Shown: positions 21,575 through 32,603, counted from the stretch's first letter. The stretch is DNA of 64,000 bases from Candidatus Neptunichlamydia sp. (GCA_965233865.1 OZ247587.1:1184001-1248000), one strand, 5' to 3'. Made by a program: numbers and translations. Notes: generated from the letters alone by a model not told the origin.

Positions 21575-22790
21575 AACCCAACTAAAGTTTAACTAATTAT
21601 ACTAAAACACGATAGATTGCATTTAATCGCATTTTAAGCCATTTTAAGCTATTCTACGTCCACGTAATCCAATCACAACTCCAACGTTCCAATAGCGCAA
21701 CACAGCGCAAACCTGAGCTTCGTTTTTTGTTAGCATCTTAAAACTTAGTGAAATGGAGAGTGCCATTGGGAAACCTCAGCCTCTTTAGCCATTAGATACG
21801 CGGTGTTTTCTGAGTAGTCTTTGACTTTTTTCTTTTCTAGACAGGGGTGCCTAGATATCTGGGCAGACCCTCTCTTTGCATAATATTCTTTCGTACTTTC
21901 CCCAGACTTCTTCCTACCTTCGTCCATCTCCTTGAAGTTAAGCTTCGTATTAAATAAGGATATGAAGATTACGGCGTTAAGGCTGTTCCTGCGGTATTAA
22001 ATGGGTATCAATCTCTAAAGATTATCAATTGCAGTTGGGTATCAAACACATGGAAAAGCACTAAGAAATTCGTCAAAAGAAACAAAAAGGTAGTGATTAT
22101 CTCAGCTGTTGTTGTAGTTGCTGCAACTGTGGTTATCATCGCTACAAGTGGAGCTGCTGCGCCTGTTATTGCTGCGGGAGCTGCTGCTGCAGATTATGAT
22201 GCCAATGGAGAAACGAAGCCAAAAAACAATCCCAAACTACGAACACCTGTAAATAAGGCTGGGGAGGTGAACGTACCTTATGACGCCTATGATTATGATA
22301 CTTCGCTTAATAATTCAGCTTATCCAAGCCATTGTGACTATGATCGACCGAAAGAAATAGAAGCTTTAATACCAAAGATCACTCCACAATTAGAGCCGAT
22401 ACCCGAGAAAAGTGCTCTCCTAAAAGAAACTATCGAAAGACAAAACACCACTCTTAAAGAAGAGCTCAGTCAAGAACCTGTGCTAGCTGCAAATAACTTA
22501 AATATTCCAAAGAAAGACGAAGCTTCGTTTTGGTCACAAGCAGCCGAAAAAGCGCGAGAGGTTGGCTCTTATGTTGTTCATAATTTCGTTGGTGGAACAG
22601 CTAACTTTGTCGAATCTTTAGGAAAAATGAGTTCCTTTTTATACGATGATTACCCTCCAAAAAGGGAACCTTTCGATGAATTCTTTAGCAATGACGTGGT
22701 TCCGTTTAGCGATCGTCTGCATGATAAGATAGACCAATCTTTTAATACTGACTACGCCGGACAATATGGCAGCTTTAAATCTTCTTCAAC
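21575..22790 (+). repeat. Inverted, internally deleted copy of 37795..40290 (non-coding element, ParB-like fragment, toxin fragment)
   Basis: 21590-21735 resembles rc 40120-40290; ORF 21745..21927 resembles 39606..39956; 21960-22790 is nearly identical to rc 37795-38615. Confidence 0.85.
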
Positions 22791-23091
22791 TGACGGGAAA
22801 GGGCGAGCTCTTGATAATATTTTCATAGAGCGTCTTTGGAGAAGTGTGAAGTATGAGGATATTTATCCTAAAGGGTATGAAAGCCTTAAAGAACTAAAAA
22901 AGGGACTAGAGGTGTATTTTGAGTTTTATAATGGACAGCGCCGTCACCAGAGTTTGGGATATCAGACGCCGTCAGAGATCTATTATGGAACAGGCCTTGA
23001 GGTCTAAAGAAGGAATAAGAACTGAATTTAACATCAGGAAAAACTAGCTTAACTTTTGCAAATTTTGGTCTTGACGTCTGGGACCACCATA
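22791..23091 (+). mobile_element. IS3-family 3' fragment
   Basis: DGKGRALDNIFIERLWRSVKYE; right end CTGGGACCACCATA. Confidence 0.9.
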
Positions 23092-23185
23092 GGGTGGTGC
23101 TACAAAATATACGACGATTCTGTCAACAAATCTTAACGAAATGGATGTTGTTTAAAATGCATCTCTGCTCTATACAGAGCGCAGC

Positions 23186-24220
23186 ATGATTATAAAAAGC
23201 TTCCCAAAGATTGCAGCTCTGATTTATGGAAATCAGAAGCATTATCTTGATCATCTAGCCCCCTTAGCGAGCCTTTTAAGGGTCCCTCTAGTTGTTACAG
23301 ACTTTGAGGTTGAACGTTTAGCAAAAAACTATTATCCCGACTTAAATCTTCTCTATTTTGACCCAGCTGAAATGGCAGAAAAGGTGGTCTCTCAGTTTGA
23401 AGTCGTCATTTCATGCCTCCCTAAAGACCTTTTTGATTCCCTTTTTTTTATTACAGAAACTCTCCATCAAAAGCGTCTAACGAATGTATGGTGCCCACAT
23501 GGCAACTCCGATAAAGGTCACTCCTCTTACTTTATGGAGGGCCTTTCAAAAGAAAAATGGGCCTTTGTATATGGTCAAAAGATGATTGATTTCCTTAAGG
23601 AAAAGGGGGCTTTTGAACAATTAAACGAACTTTTTATTTTAGGCAACTATCGATATGAGTATTATTTGCGACACACTGAATTTTACCAAAGAATCCTAAA
23701 CAAAAAGATCCCACTAAATCGGAAACGTCGTACGCTTTTATATGCGCCAACTTGGAACGATAGTGAAAGCTCTTCATCTTTTGAGAAAGAGCACTCCTTT
23801 CTAATCAATAATGTTCCCAAAAACTGGAATTTGATCATTAAACCTCACCCCCATCTAAAATGTCCTCTCGAATCTTCAAAAGAAAATGTGATCATTCTGA
23901 AAGGCTTTCCCCCTATTTACCCCTTGCTTCAATTGATCGATGTTTACTTGGGAGACATGTCTTCAGTTGGGTATGATTTTTTAACATTTCGCCGCCCTCT
24001 CTTTTTTTATAACCCCCAAAACCGCAACCAAAATGAGGACCAGGGGCTGTATCTCACGCGGTGCGGAACGATTATCGGTCCGAATGAAAACCCTTTTGAA
24101 AAGATCGATAAAATCGATCCTGTATCCTTTTTAAAAATACAAGACCACGTGTATCATGAGGTCTTTGAAAAGAACCAAACCATTACGAAAATATATGACC
24201 TCCTCTCCGAAACAGTCTGA
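23186..24220 (+). CDS. CDP-glycerol glycerophosphotransferase family protein
   Basis: PHGNSDK, LYAPTW, IKPHP and GDMSSVGYDF motifs. Confidence 0.8.
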   Translation: MIIKSFPKIAALIYGNQKHYLDHLAPLASLLRVPLVVTDFEVERLAKNYYPDLNLLYFDPAEMAEKVVSQFEVVISCLPKDLFDSLFFITETLHQKRLTNVWCPHGNSDKGHSSYFMEGLSKEKWAFVYGQKMIDFLKEKGAFEQLNELFILGNYRYEYYLRHTEFYQRILNKKIPLNRKRRTLLYAPTWNDSESSSSFEKEHSFLINNVPKNWNLIIKPHPHLKCPLESSKENVIILKGFPPIYPLLQLIDVYLGDMSSVGYDFLTFRRPLFFYNPQNRNQNEDQGLYLTRCGTIIGPNENPFEKIDKIDPVSFLKIQDHVYHEVFEKNQTITKIYDLLSETV

Positions 24221-25292
24221 AGCATGTGGTATCTGCCTCGCACCTGGGGATTCAGTCAACCATCTTGATCATTTAGCCCCTCTCGCATATATCATGGGAA
24301 TGCCTCTCGTTGTCGATGTTGAATTCTTAACAGGCGTGATGGAGACCTACTACCCACAAGTCAAGATGCTTTACATTGATCATCACGCAAAGATTCTAGA
24401 ATATTTTGCCCATAACCATAACCTCCTTTTTGTTTCTAGTGCTAACTACCGTAAGGACTTAAGCCCTCTTTTTGAAGTTGTCTTCCGAAAGCAGATGAAA
24501 TTTTGGTACTGTCCCCATGGAAACTCAGACAAGTCTATTGAAACTTTCAAGGACCAACACTATTTTTTCACCTATGGTCCCATCATGGAAGAGCGGCTAC
24601 AGGAAAGTGGGATTTTAGATACAGTTCGTGGACATGTGAGAACGGGGAATTACCGTTATCCTTTTTATGAAAAACACGCGGTTTTTTACGATAATCTTGT
24701 TGAAAAGGAAGTATTTTCTCTCTTTGCAAAAAAACAAACAACCCTCCTTTATGCTCCTACTTGGCAGGATTTAGAACACTCTTCTTCCTTTACCGATGTG
24801 GGCCTTGTTGTCCCCGAGCAACTTCCAGACCACTACAATCTTATTATCAAGCTGCATCCCTGGCTTATCCATTATAAACCAGGCTATGTCGCTCACTTAG
24901 AAGAAAAATACCGAAACGTTAATAATGTCGTTGTTCTTGCCCAATATCCCCTAGTCCTCCCTTTACTAAAGCGAACAGACATCTATTTGGGAGATTTCTC
25001 ATCGATCGGATATGACTTTCTTTATTATAACCGCCCCATGTTCTTTTTCAAAGGCTCTCAGTGGGGAAAACCCAAAGACTATTCCTCTTATCTTCACCAG
25101 TGTGGAACTGTCATTCCAAACACTTCGTATGACAAGATATTTTCATTTATTGAAGGCAATTTGAAAGCGCAAGAAATCCTTAAACCCATCCGTACAGATA
25201 TCTATGAACGTGCGTTTGGGAAACATCGCTCCTTCGATGAGATCAGAAAAGGGGTGTTTGAAACACTCTCTCAGTATTCAGCTGTGAAGTGA
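24195..25292 (+). CDS. CDP-glycerol glycerophosphotransferase family paralog
   Basis: Same motifs (LYAPTW, KLHP, GDFSSIGYDF). Confidence 0.8.
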   Translation: MTSSPKQSEACGICLAPGDSVNHLDHLAPLAYIMGMPLVVDVEFLTGVMETYYPQVKMLYIDHHAKILEYFAHNHNLLFVSSANYRKDLSPLFEVVFRKQMKFWYCPHGNSDKSIETFKDQHYFFTYGPIMEERLQESGILDTVRGHVRTGNYRYPFYEKHAVFYDNLVEKEVFSLFAKKQTTLLYAPTWQDLEHSSSFTDVGLVVPEQLPDHYNLIIKLHPWLIHYKPGYVAHLEEKYRNVNNVVVLAQYPLVLPLLKRTDIYLGDFSSIGYDFLYYNRPMFFFKGSQWGKPKDYSSYLHQCGTVIPNTSYDKIFSFIEGNLKAQEILKPIRTDIYERAFGKHRSFDEIRKGVFETLSQYSAVK

Positions 25293-25456
25293 TTTCCCCC
25301 TTTTGCACAGCCCCCCAATGGCTATTGTTTCGACTTTTTGGATGGACATTCAGAATTACTACACCATACTAAGTATGATTGACCGCAGCTTGGGCATGGT
25401 TTGTATATACTGGTGTCATTGCATAGTTTTGGGATCCAACATCCTCGACTATCCGA

Positions 25457-25700
25457 TTGCAAATGAGCCAAGCGTACAAATTCATTATTACTGAGATCCA
25501 GAAATCTATTTGCAGTCATGAGAAGCAAATTGTTAAACACAAAGATAAGATTACAAACCCTTCTAAACATTGTCCAGCTTGGAATAACCTTCATCCAGAA
25601 AAAAAAGCGTTGGTTGAGAAAAGATGGCCAAATGAAATACAGTGCTATACAGAGCAAAAAGAAGGGTTGAGTTATTACATACAAGAAGTAAGTGGATTAC
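25457..25700 (+). pseudogene. Orphan polymorphic-toxin-like C-terminal fragment
   Basis: I.SH...I..H..KI.NP....W..L.P....L...W..EI resembles RHS toxin tips. Confidence 0.35.
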
Positions 25701-25762
25701 TGAAAGAGTACGCTAAACAAGCAAAGACAGATGCAGAACATTCCGAAAAGGGATCTGGGAGG

Positions 25763-26105
25763 GGAGTGTAATCTAAACTGTGTAAACGGTCATTAGGCCT
25801 CAACTCCTTTTGAGATCCTATCTTCGTAAGGAGACTGTAAGAATAACTGTGTAAATGAAAAAATGTTAAGGAAAAATAACGTTGATTTCACACAAGGATA
25901 AATCATGAATTATGATCTCGAAGAAGAATTAGATAAGTGCGCAACCATGGAAGACCTAACCGGTCAAAATGGGCTAATCCAAAAGCTCATTGGTGGAATG
26001 GTTGAGAAGATGCTCGAGAAAGAGATGGAAGGGCACTTAGGATATGAAAAGCACGCCATCAAGGGTAATAATACCGGTAACAACCGGAATGGGAAAAACA
26101 AAAAA
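25763..26105. mobile_element. IS256-family remnants (inverted right end plus 5' fragment)
   Basis: IR-like GGGAGTGTAATCTAAACTGTGTAAA and GAGACTGTAAGAATAACTGTGTAAA; EMEGHLGYEKH..N.RNG. Confidence 0.8.
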
Positions 26106-26411
26106 ATCTTCGCTTACCACTTTTTTGAACCTAAAAGAGCTTCTTTCGGAGTTAAATCTCAATCTTGAGGTTGAAATATCTTCATCTCGAGTATGGATTT
26201 GCAAGCTAGATTTGCTTAATGATAGCTTTTCTGGAGTGGTAGATCTGGACCTCTAGCCTGAAATCACAGGCAAGGATGGAGTTTGCATTGAAGTAAACCG
26301 CGGACATCACAGAAATTTTCGCTTTGAAGGAGTAGACATATCTAAAGCATCTTTGAAACAGAGTTTTTTGAATGTGCTTTTAAGTGCTATTGCCAATTTA
26401 GAGCGGAGTTG

Positions 26412-26585
26412 TTAACCTGGAGACTCATTTTCTATCTCTTGATTTCGATTGACCCCATTAGCTTCAAGTTGGTGGGGTTTTTCTTTTGTGTTGTCTTTTT
26501 CAATATCGATATCCTTACAGCGGCTTGCGTAGTTTTCTATATCTGCTTCTTTTATATTTGTGTTTATTGGCCTTATCTTTGGCAT
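26412..26585 (-). CDS. Small ParA partner, probably truncated
   Basis: MPKIRP..EADIENYAS overlapping the parA stop. Confidence 0.4.
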   Translation of the reverse strand: MPKIRPINTNIKEADIENYASRCKDIDIEKDNTKEKPHQLEANGVNRNQEIENESPG

Positions 26586-27217
26586 GTTTTTGATAGCTCC
26601 TCAATTAGTTGTTTCATTTCTTCGGATGCTTTTTTGTTCTGAAGTTCGTGAACTCCTTTTCCCTGACTCATACAATCACGGTATACCTTTCTTTCATATA
26701 TCGTAGACTTCAGCAAATCAAACTCTGGGTATTGCTTGATATAAGCTATGGCTTCATTTCTTTCAGTAACACTTGGGTTTGTGGAGACCATGGTTAAGAG
26801 TGCTCTGACATTTAGGTTTGGATTGAAATCTCGAGCTTCTTCGATAATCTCTTTCATTTTTGGCAGCGTATCAAGATCTGGCTGGGAACTTTTAAGTGGG
26901 ACAATTAATAGGTTAGCTGCTGTGATGCCTGTCCTCATTTCCCGAGAATCTCTTCCAGGAGAATCTACAATCACATATTCATAACGCTTGTTGAGATCTA
27001 AAAGTGTGTTGCGAATGTTTCCGTATTTCTGAATCGAATGGACTTTTGGGAGATCAGTTTGTTCATCACGATCCATGATCCAAGTACTTGCTGTTCCTTG
27101 GATGTCTGAGTCAACAAGCATACAATCCTTTCTCTTGTTAGACAAAAAGGAAGCAATATTTACTGACATTGTGGATTTACCACAGCCGCCTTTCTGAGAA
27201 CATAGCATAATAATCAT
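26573..27217 (-). CDS. parA: Plasmid-type ParA partition ATPase
   Basis: QKGGCGKST, VDSDIQG and IVDSPG motifs; short type Ib form. Confidence 0.9.
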   Translation of the reverse strand: MIIMLCSQKGGCGKSTMSVNIASFLSNKRKDCMLVDSDIQGTASTWIMDRDEQTDLPKVHSIQKYGNIRNTLLDLNKRYEYVIVDSPGRDSREMRTGITAANLLIVPLKSSQPDLDTLPKMKEIIEEARDFNPNLNVRALLTMVSTNPSVTERNEAIAYIKQYPEFDLLKSTIYERKVYRDCMSQGKGVHELQNKKASEEMKQLIEELSKTCQR

Positions 27218-27312
27218 ATAGAACCTTGCGCATCACTTTGATTCAGAATGATTCATGTACCTAAAAGAAAAAGAGCCCTGGAAACAGAGCTCCATAAAAA
27301 GAAGTTTGTGCT

Positions 27313-27825
27313 TTAACGAGATTGAAGAGCAACTAAAATTTGATCCAGTTTTTCATCTGTACTTTTCTGATGATCCTGAGAAGATTTAAATACCTCTACA
27401 AGCCCATTGTGGCTGGTTACTAGTTGGGATAAGGTGTTGTCCACCAGGTTTTGTCTCTGCAGCACTTCTGTTAGGCCCTTACTTACTGAAGAAATTTCCT
27501 GTCTTGTAGTATCAAGTTTTTGGTGTGATTCTTTTTGATTCCTCAATATAGTTTGTGTATTATCAAAAGTTTTTCCAGCTATACCTTCTGTTTTATGTTG
27601 GACCTCGTTTATTTCTCTTGAAGCATCTTCTATAGAACTACCGATAGATGACAATTGCCCTGAAAGCAATCTGACTTCGCTAACAATTTTTTCATTTTCT
27701 TTTTGAAGGTAGCTAACATCTATCAGAGACAAATCGACACCTCTTCTTGAGTGAAATTGAACTGGCTGAAGGCTGAAGCTTGGTGTTCCTGAAGATAGAG
27801 GAACGTTTCCTGTGATTGTACTCAT
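27313..27825 (-). CDS. Coiled-coil protein, putative T3SS substrate
   Basis: Ser/Thr/Pro-rich N-terminus, heptads, AAGGAG RBS, terminator at about 27266-27293. Confidence 0.55.
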   Translation of the reverse strand: MSTITGNVPLSSGTPSFSLQPVQFHSRRGVDLSLIDVSYLQKENEKIVSEVRLLSGQLSSIGSSIEDASREINEVQHKTEGIAGKTFDNTQTILRNQKESHQKLDTTRQEISSVSKGLTEVLQRQNLVDNTLSQLVTSHNGLVEVFKSSQDHQKSTDEKLDQILVALQSR

Positions 27826-28040
27826 AACTATTCTCCTTTCTTTTTATATTGTTTAGTGCCCAAGATGATATCACTGATCCTTGATTAACCACCATACCAC
27901 CAGATATTTTATCAAGTAATTATCCCAATCTTCCATGCAGCCCCATAGAATCTCAAAAAGTATACTCTTACGGAATTGACTTGACGTGTCCGAATTAATG
28001 TCCTAGAATGTAATTCTTTTGAAGCTTAAGGATATTAAAG
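27826..28040. promoter_or_regulatory. Putative res site and divergent promoter region, duplicated inverted at 50217..50432
   Basis: Near-identical reverse-complement copy; lies upstream of a serine resolvase. Confidence 0.65.
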
Positions 28041-28056
28041 ACACAAGGAGGCCCTA

Positions 28057-28599
28057 ATGGCAAAGATAGGATATGCAAGAATCAGTTCAATCGGATAAAG
28101 CTTAGAAGTACAACGCAGCAAGCTCAAAGACTGCGGCAAACTATTCGAAGAGAAACGCAGCGGTGTAGATGGTTCAAGAGAAAAACTCCGGGAATGCCTT
28201 GATTATGTTCGTGAAGGAGATACTCTTGTTGTGACTAGACTGAACCGATTGGCAAGATCAACGTTGCACTTATGCCAGATCGCAGAGCTACTCCAAAAGA
28301 AAGGCGTAACCCTAGTTGTAAGGGATCAGCATATTGATACAGAGACTTCAACCGGAAGACTGCTATTCAACATGCTTGGAGCTATTGGTCAGTTCGAGAC
28401 AGAGATAAGAGCCGAGCGTCAGTTAGATGGCATCAACAAGGCAAGAGAGAGTGGAGTCCAGTTTGGTCGCAGATCTAAGATGAATAAAGAGGAGATCAAA
28501 GAACTCAAAGAGAAGCGAAAGACAATGATGATCAAAGAGCTAATGAAAGAGTATGGACTATCAAAGTCAAGCGTCTACAAGTACCTGAGTAGAGCCTAA
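28057..28599 (+). pseudogene. Serine resolvase/invertase with nonsense codon
   Basis: MAKIGYARISSIG*SLEVQ (TAA 28096-28098); REGDTLVVTRLNRLARS; C-terminal HTH. Confidence 0.9.
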
Positions 28600-28603
28600 G
28601 CCT

Positions 28604-28713
28604 CAAAGGGACCCGGAACCTGGTGGTCGTCGCAAAGGGGGGCCACCCCTAAAAAGCATTCTTTTTTTATTCTTGATCAGGCGGATTTGCGCACGAAGGT
28701 AATTTTCAAATTC
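28604..28713 (+). repeat. Copy 2 of ~110-bp non-coding element
   Basis: CAAAGGGACCCGG..GGGGGCCACCCC.AAAAAGCATTCTTTTTTTAT..GCGCACGAA. Confidence 0.8.
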
Positions 28714-28731
28714 AGATAATTTTATTATTTA

Positions 28732-29730
28732 TCACCTTCTGCTTTTGAATCTCTCTAATACTTTCCATACAATCCTCGTACAGGCACCTGCTATCATACC
28801 CAATAAAAATATTCTAACAGTTCTATGACTCAGTATGTTCGGTAGTGCTGAAGTCGATTGCTGTTTTCTAATAGGGCTGATTCTTTGGGGAGGTGTAGAT
28901 GGGGTTGAAGATTCTGACGTTAATCCCTGAGAAGAGAAGGACGAAGACATTGGTGGTTGATCAGGCCGTATCCCAAAGCGTTTATTTAGCTTTTCAATGG
29001 AGACTGCATTTTCACGTTGACCCTTACGTATGTTTTGTTGATCTTTACGTATGTCTATAAGATCTTCGCTTATGGTTTTTTGACCTTTACGTATGTTTTC
29101 TTGACCTTTACGTATGTTTTGTTGATCTTTACGTATGTCTATAAGATCTTTACGTATGTTTTGTTGATCTTTACGTATGTCTATAAGATCTTTACGTATG
29201 TTTTCTTGACCTTTACGTATGTTTTGTTGATCTTTACGTATGTCTATAAGATCTTTACGTATGTTTTGTTGATCTTTTTTGATCTCATCGCTCTCCTTCT
29301 TCAAAGCATCAAAAGCTTCATTAGCATTTTTTCTCCTTTCAGAAGTAGAGCAATTGTCATCTAGCCTTTCATTTAAATGCGCTACAGCCTCTTTTGCTGA
29401 AAGATCTCGTTGCCAACCAGGCCCCCTTAGAGATGGAGGCCTTATTGAGTCAGAGTCTTCTTGAGGAACAACATACACTACTGGATTATCTTTCCACTTA
29501 TGATATTCGCTAGCAATCTCCTTGTTATCTACAAAAAGGGTTTTGCTTAGTCTATCCGTTCTACAAGCTGGACAATTGTTATTTTCCTTCAGCCAATCCT
29601 CTATGCATATCTTATGAAAGGAGTGCTTGCACCTAGCTGATGAACAAGCATTTTCTTCCATAGGATCTAAGCAAATTAGGCACTTAAAGAGTTCTGGAGG
29701 CTGTGAAAAAGTCGTAATTGCTAACATCAT
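28732..29730 (-). CDS. RING-H2 E3 ligase-like effector with heptad repeats and C-terminal TM
   Basis: CLICL..CKHSFHKICIEDW..CPAC is a C3H2C3 RING; 13 heptads; terminal hydrophobic segment. Confidence 0.85.
   Translation of the reverse strand: MMLAITTFSQPPELFKCLICLDPMEENACSSARCKHSFHKICIEDWLKENNNCPACRTDRLSKTLFVDNKEIASEYHKWKDNPVVYVVPQEDSDSIRPPSLRGPGWQRDLSAKEAVAHLNERLDDNCSTSERRKNANEAFDALKKESDEIKKDQQNIRKDLIDIRKDQQNIRKGQENIRKDLIDIRKDQQNIRKDLIDIRKDQQNIRKGQENIRKGQKTISEDLIDIRKDQQNIRKGQRENAVSIEKLNKRFGIRPDQPPMSSSFSSQGLTSESSTPSTPPQRISPIRKQQSTSALPNILSHRTVRIFLLGMIAGACTRIVWKVLERFKSRR
29012..29284 (-). repeat. 21-bp coding tandem repeat (13 heptads IRKDQQN/IRKDLID/IRKGQEN)
   Basis: Visible in DNA and protein. 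Confidence 0.9.
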
Positions 29731-29733
29731 AAC

Positions 29734-30900
29734 CTACTTTGGTACATTTCCAGTTACTCGATCTTGGATGCCCACTCCTACTCCCATAGCATGTACTATT
29801 GAAAATCCTAAGGACCCTACAGAAGTAGCCGCATATGTTGCTACGATCGCTGGTCCCGCTATAGGTCCAGCTCCCACTAATGCTGCTCCAGTCAATGCGT
29901 CGATAGCAATGATAGATACTACCCCACCTACAACTTTCACCGCTCCCAGTAATGGATTCTTGCGGGCAGGCACGGGATTAATTATGGCATTGCCTATTTC
30001 AGAAACTTGTTCTCTTAGAGTAAGATATTTCTTTTCTTCTGGAGCATTTACTGCTCTTTCAATTCTTTGTATAGCGTCTCTTTGTTGGATGTTTTCTACC
30101 CCAAGTGTTCTATTTTCATCCCTAACGGTTGTAACTTCTGCCTCAAGTGTTCTATTTTCATCCCTAACGGTTGTAACTTCTGCCTCAAGTGTTCTATTTT
30201 CATCCCTAACGGTTGTAACTTCTGCCTCAAGTGTTCTATTTTCATCCCTAACGGTTGTAACTTCTGCCTCAAGTTTTCCATTTTCATCCCTAACGGTTGT
30301 AACTTCTGCCTCAAGTTTTCCATTTTCATCCCTAACGGTTGTAACTTCTGCCTCAAGTTTTCCATTTTCATCCCTAACGGTTGTAACTTCTGCCTCAAGT
30401 TTTCCATTTTCATCCCTAACGGTTGTAACTTCTGCCTCTAGCTGACCATTTTTACCCCTAACGGTTGTAATTTCTTCCTTCAGCTGACCATTTTCAATCC
30501 TAAGCCCTTGGTTTTCTGTCTCAACGACCGTGAACCTTCCATGAAGTGCTTTATTCTCAGATTCAAGTACTGTCACTTTCTCCTTCAAAGGATCTGTTTC
30601 TAAAAGTACAATAGCTCTTATTTGCTCTATATGTGCGCTACTTATAGCTGAAGAAGAAAATGGATTCACAACAACAGCGTCTCCATCGTCCTTGTAGATG
30701 CCATTTGAAGAAGAAGAAGTTAGTGATCTTGAGGGAGAAACATCTCTTTGAAGAGTAAGAGTACTTTTGAATTCCTCTCCTTCTCTTTGAAAAAGACCAT
30801 CTGATGACGAGCCAAAAGATGATAAAAAAGGCTCTTTAATATTTTGATTTAGTAAGTTACTTGAGACATTTACACTTGTATTTCCTATTGGTGATGTCAT
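29734..30900 (-). CDS. Coiled-coil repeat protein with C-terminal hydrophobic hairpin (Inc-like)
   Basis: MTSPIGNTS start after GGAG; 14-aa repeats; bilobed hydrophobic tail. Confidence 0.7.
   Translation of the reverse strand: MTSPIGNTSVNVSSNLLNQNIKEPFLSSFGSSSDGLFQREGEEFKSTLTLQRDVSPSRSLTSSSSNGIYKDDGDAVVVNPFSSSAISSAHIEQIRAIVLLETDPLKEKVTVLESENKALHGRFTVVETENQGLRIENGQLKEEITTVRGKNGQLEAEVTTVRDENGKLEAEVTTVRDENGKLEAEVTTVRDENGKLEAEVTTVRDENGKLEAEVTTVRDENRTLEAEVTTVRDENRTLEAEVTTVRDENRTLEAEVTTVRDENRTLGVENIQQRDAIQRIERAVNAPEEKKYLTLREQVSEIGNAIINPVPARKNPLLGAVKVVGGVVSIIAIDALTGAALVGAGPIAGPAIVATYAATSVGSLGFSIVHAMGVGVGIQDRVTGNVPK
30102..30479 (-). repeat. 42-bp tandem repeat, 8 units plus 1 degenerate unit
   Basis: LEAEVTTVRDENGK x4 then LEAEVTTVRDENRT x4. 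Confidence 0.95.
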
Positions 30901-31043
30901 TTGGAACTCCTTTGTTCGTTGTCTAATCATCTGAGTGTTTAAATTTTTATTTGCATTCCCTTAATAATTAAGCTTGAGCTTTCACTAAGATACTCCCATT
31001 GAACTTTTTTAGAGAAGAATAAACTTAAAACTCGATATCCGTC

Positions 31044-31149
31044 TCATGATATACTCCCTGCATTTCTACATGAAAATATTTTTAAAAATGCGAGAATTCA
31101 TGCCACGATTCAGCGTAAAATGTGTTATAATAGACACAAGGAGAACGAG
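31044..31149 (+). promoter_or_regulatory. Shared RING-module promoter/RBS
   Basis: TGTTATAAT extended -10 plus AAGGAG; copies at 43355-43460, 45082-45190 and 49985-50090; variants at 34191-34245 and 35387-35440. Confidence 0.75.
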
Positions 31150-31536
31150 ATGTCAGCCATAGCAATTACACCAACAAGCACCATCACTTATTTTGAACAA
31201 GCAATGCGATCACAGCTTGAAGCGCGAGCAGAATTAAAAGATCGAGAGATTGAAATACGCGAAATGAAAGCTCAAAAAACAATGAACGATAGGATAGTTG
31301 AGGAGCTTAGGCCTTTATGTGAAGAATTGTCTGGATATGCTTTAGATCCAGTGATGTATGAACCAATTAAAACTCCTTTAGTGATGCGTTGTAGCCATGC
31401 TTTAAGCGCGAAAGCTGTAGAAATGATTGGAAAAACAAAGGGCTTCACAATGGACGATAAAATCCCTTGTCCGATTTGTAGATCTGAAACAACGGGGCGG
31501 TTTTTCTTATATGACCAGTCATTTGACGAAACGGTA
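31150..31536 (+). pseudogene. RING/U-box-like paralog C, interrupted by IS5
   Basis: ALDPVMYEP..RCSH..CPIC; IS begins after ETV. Confidence 0.8.
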
Positions 31537-32379
31537 GGTTGTGTTGAGAAATTTCCATGAGTGGTGCAAGCTGACTTCCTGAAGAAGGAGATCTATATGC
31601 TATACCCGCATAAAATAAATGACCACGCCTGGTCGAAACTTTACGAATATCTGAGTAATTACCCCAAAATACACACAAATAACAAAGAGAAAACTCGTTG
31701 CTTTGTAGAGGCTGTATTTTGGATTGCCAAGAGCGGAGCACAATGGCGTTTGCTACCAAAGGAATATGGAGACTGGAATGCCGTCTATCATCGTTTTGCA
31801 GACTGGGCTGAACATGGTGTGTGGTACAAGATGCTCTACTATTTTTCAAATGATCCAGACATGGAATATATTATGATCGACAGTACAGTCCTCCGCGCTC
31901 ATGCCTGTGCCGCAGGAGCCAATAAAAAAAAACCGGAGGTCAAGACGAGCAGGCCTTAGGTCCATCCTGTGGAGGTTTTACGACTAAAATCCATAGTATC
32001 TGTGATGCATTAGGTAATCCACTTGATTTTATTTTAACAGGTGGTCAAGCAGCTGATTGTCATCAAGCTAATCCTTTGCTCAAGGGTAGGGATTACAAAG
32101 GATTATTGGCTGACAAAGGCTACGACAGCAATGCAATCATTGATCATGTAAAGAGCATCGGAGCTGTTGCCATCATTCCCTCAAAGAAAAATCGCATTGA
32201 TCATCGAGAGCATGATAAAGACATATATAAAGAACGACACAAAATCGAATGTTTATTTGGCTTCCTCAAACATTATAGACGATTGTTTTCTCGGTTCGAG
32301 AAGTTAGCATCAAGGTTCAAGGCATTCCTTCATTTTATCGCGGCTCTCCAATGGTTAAAGTAAATTTCTCAACACAACC
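31537..32379 (+). mobile_element. IS5-family (IS427 group) element, apparently complete
   Basis: 18-bp perfect IRs GGTTGTGTTGAGAAATTT, TA on both flanks, two ORFs joined by an A9 frameshift site at 31924-31932. Confidence 0.9.
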
Positions 32380-32603
32380 TAGTAAAATCTGAATAGCCAA
32401 AAAAAAGGGCCCCACAAGAGCAGCAGAGCCCGGTATAACTAACGAAGGAGTAGCTCAAGAAAGCAATCTCAAGGAGTAAGAAGATAAGATGAGCGAAGAT
32501 GTTGCTTTCTTAAGCTGCGTTAGTTATGTAAGTGTAGTTGTGTTTTTGGTTGATGTTTCCCTCCATCTTCCAGTTTACCAGTTAACCTTTCCTGAAAATT
32601 GCT

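Noticed and set aside
22093..23007. Toxin-transposase fusion gene
   Set aside because: Junction of a duplicated toxin fragment with an IS3 fragment
29017..30445. Long plus-strand and off-frame repeat ORFs (29017..29364, 29627..30445, 30067..30441, 30096..30413)
   Set aside because: Shadows of stop-free tandem repeats in the real minus-strand genes
30102..30479. 42-bp repeats as a CRISPR array
   Set aside because: Units are contiguous with no unique spacers, in frame within a coiled-coil ORF, and no cas genes are present
31120..31149. Shared MCYNRHKENK N-terminal peptide as a secretion signal
   Set aside because: The DNA is the TATAAT box plus AAGGAG RBS; the next ATG is the better start
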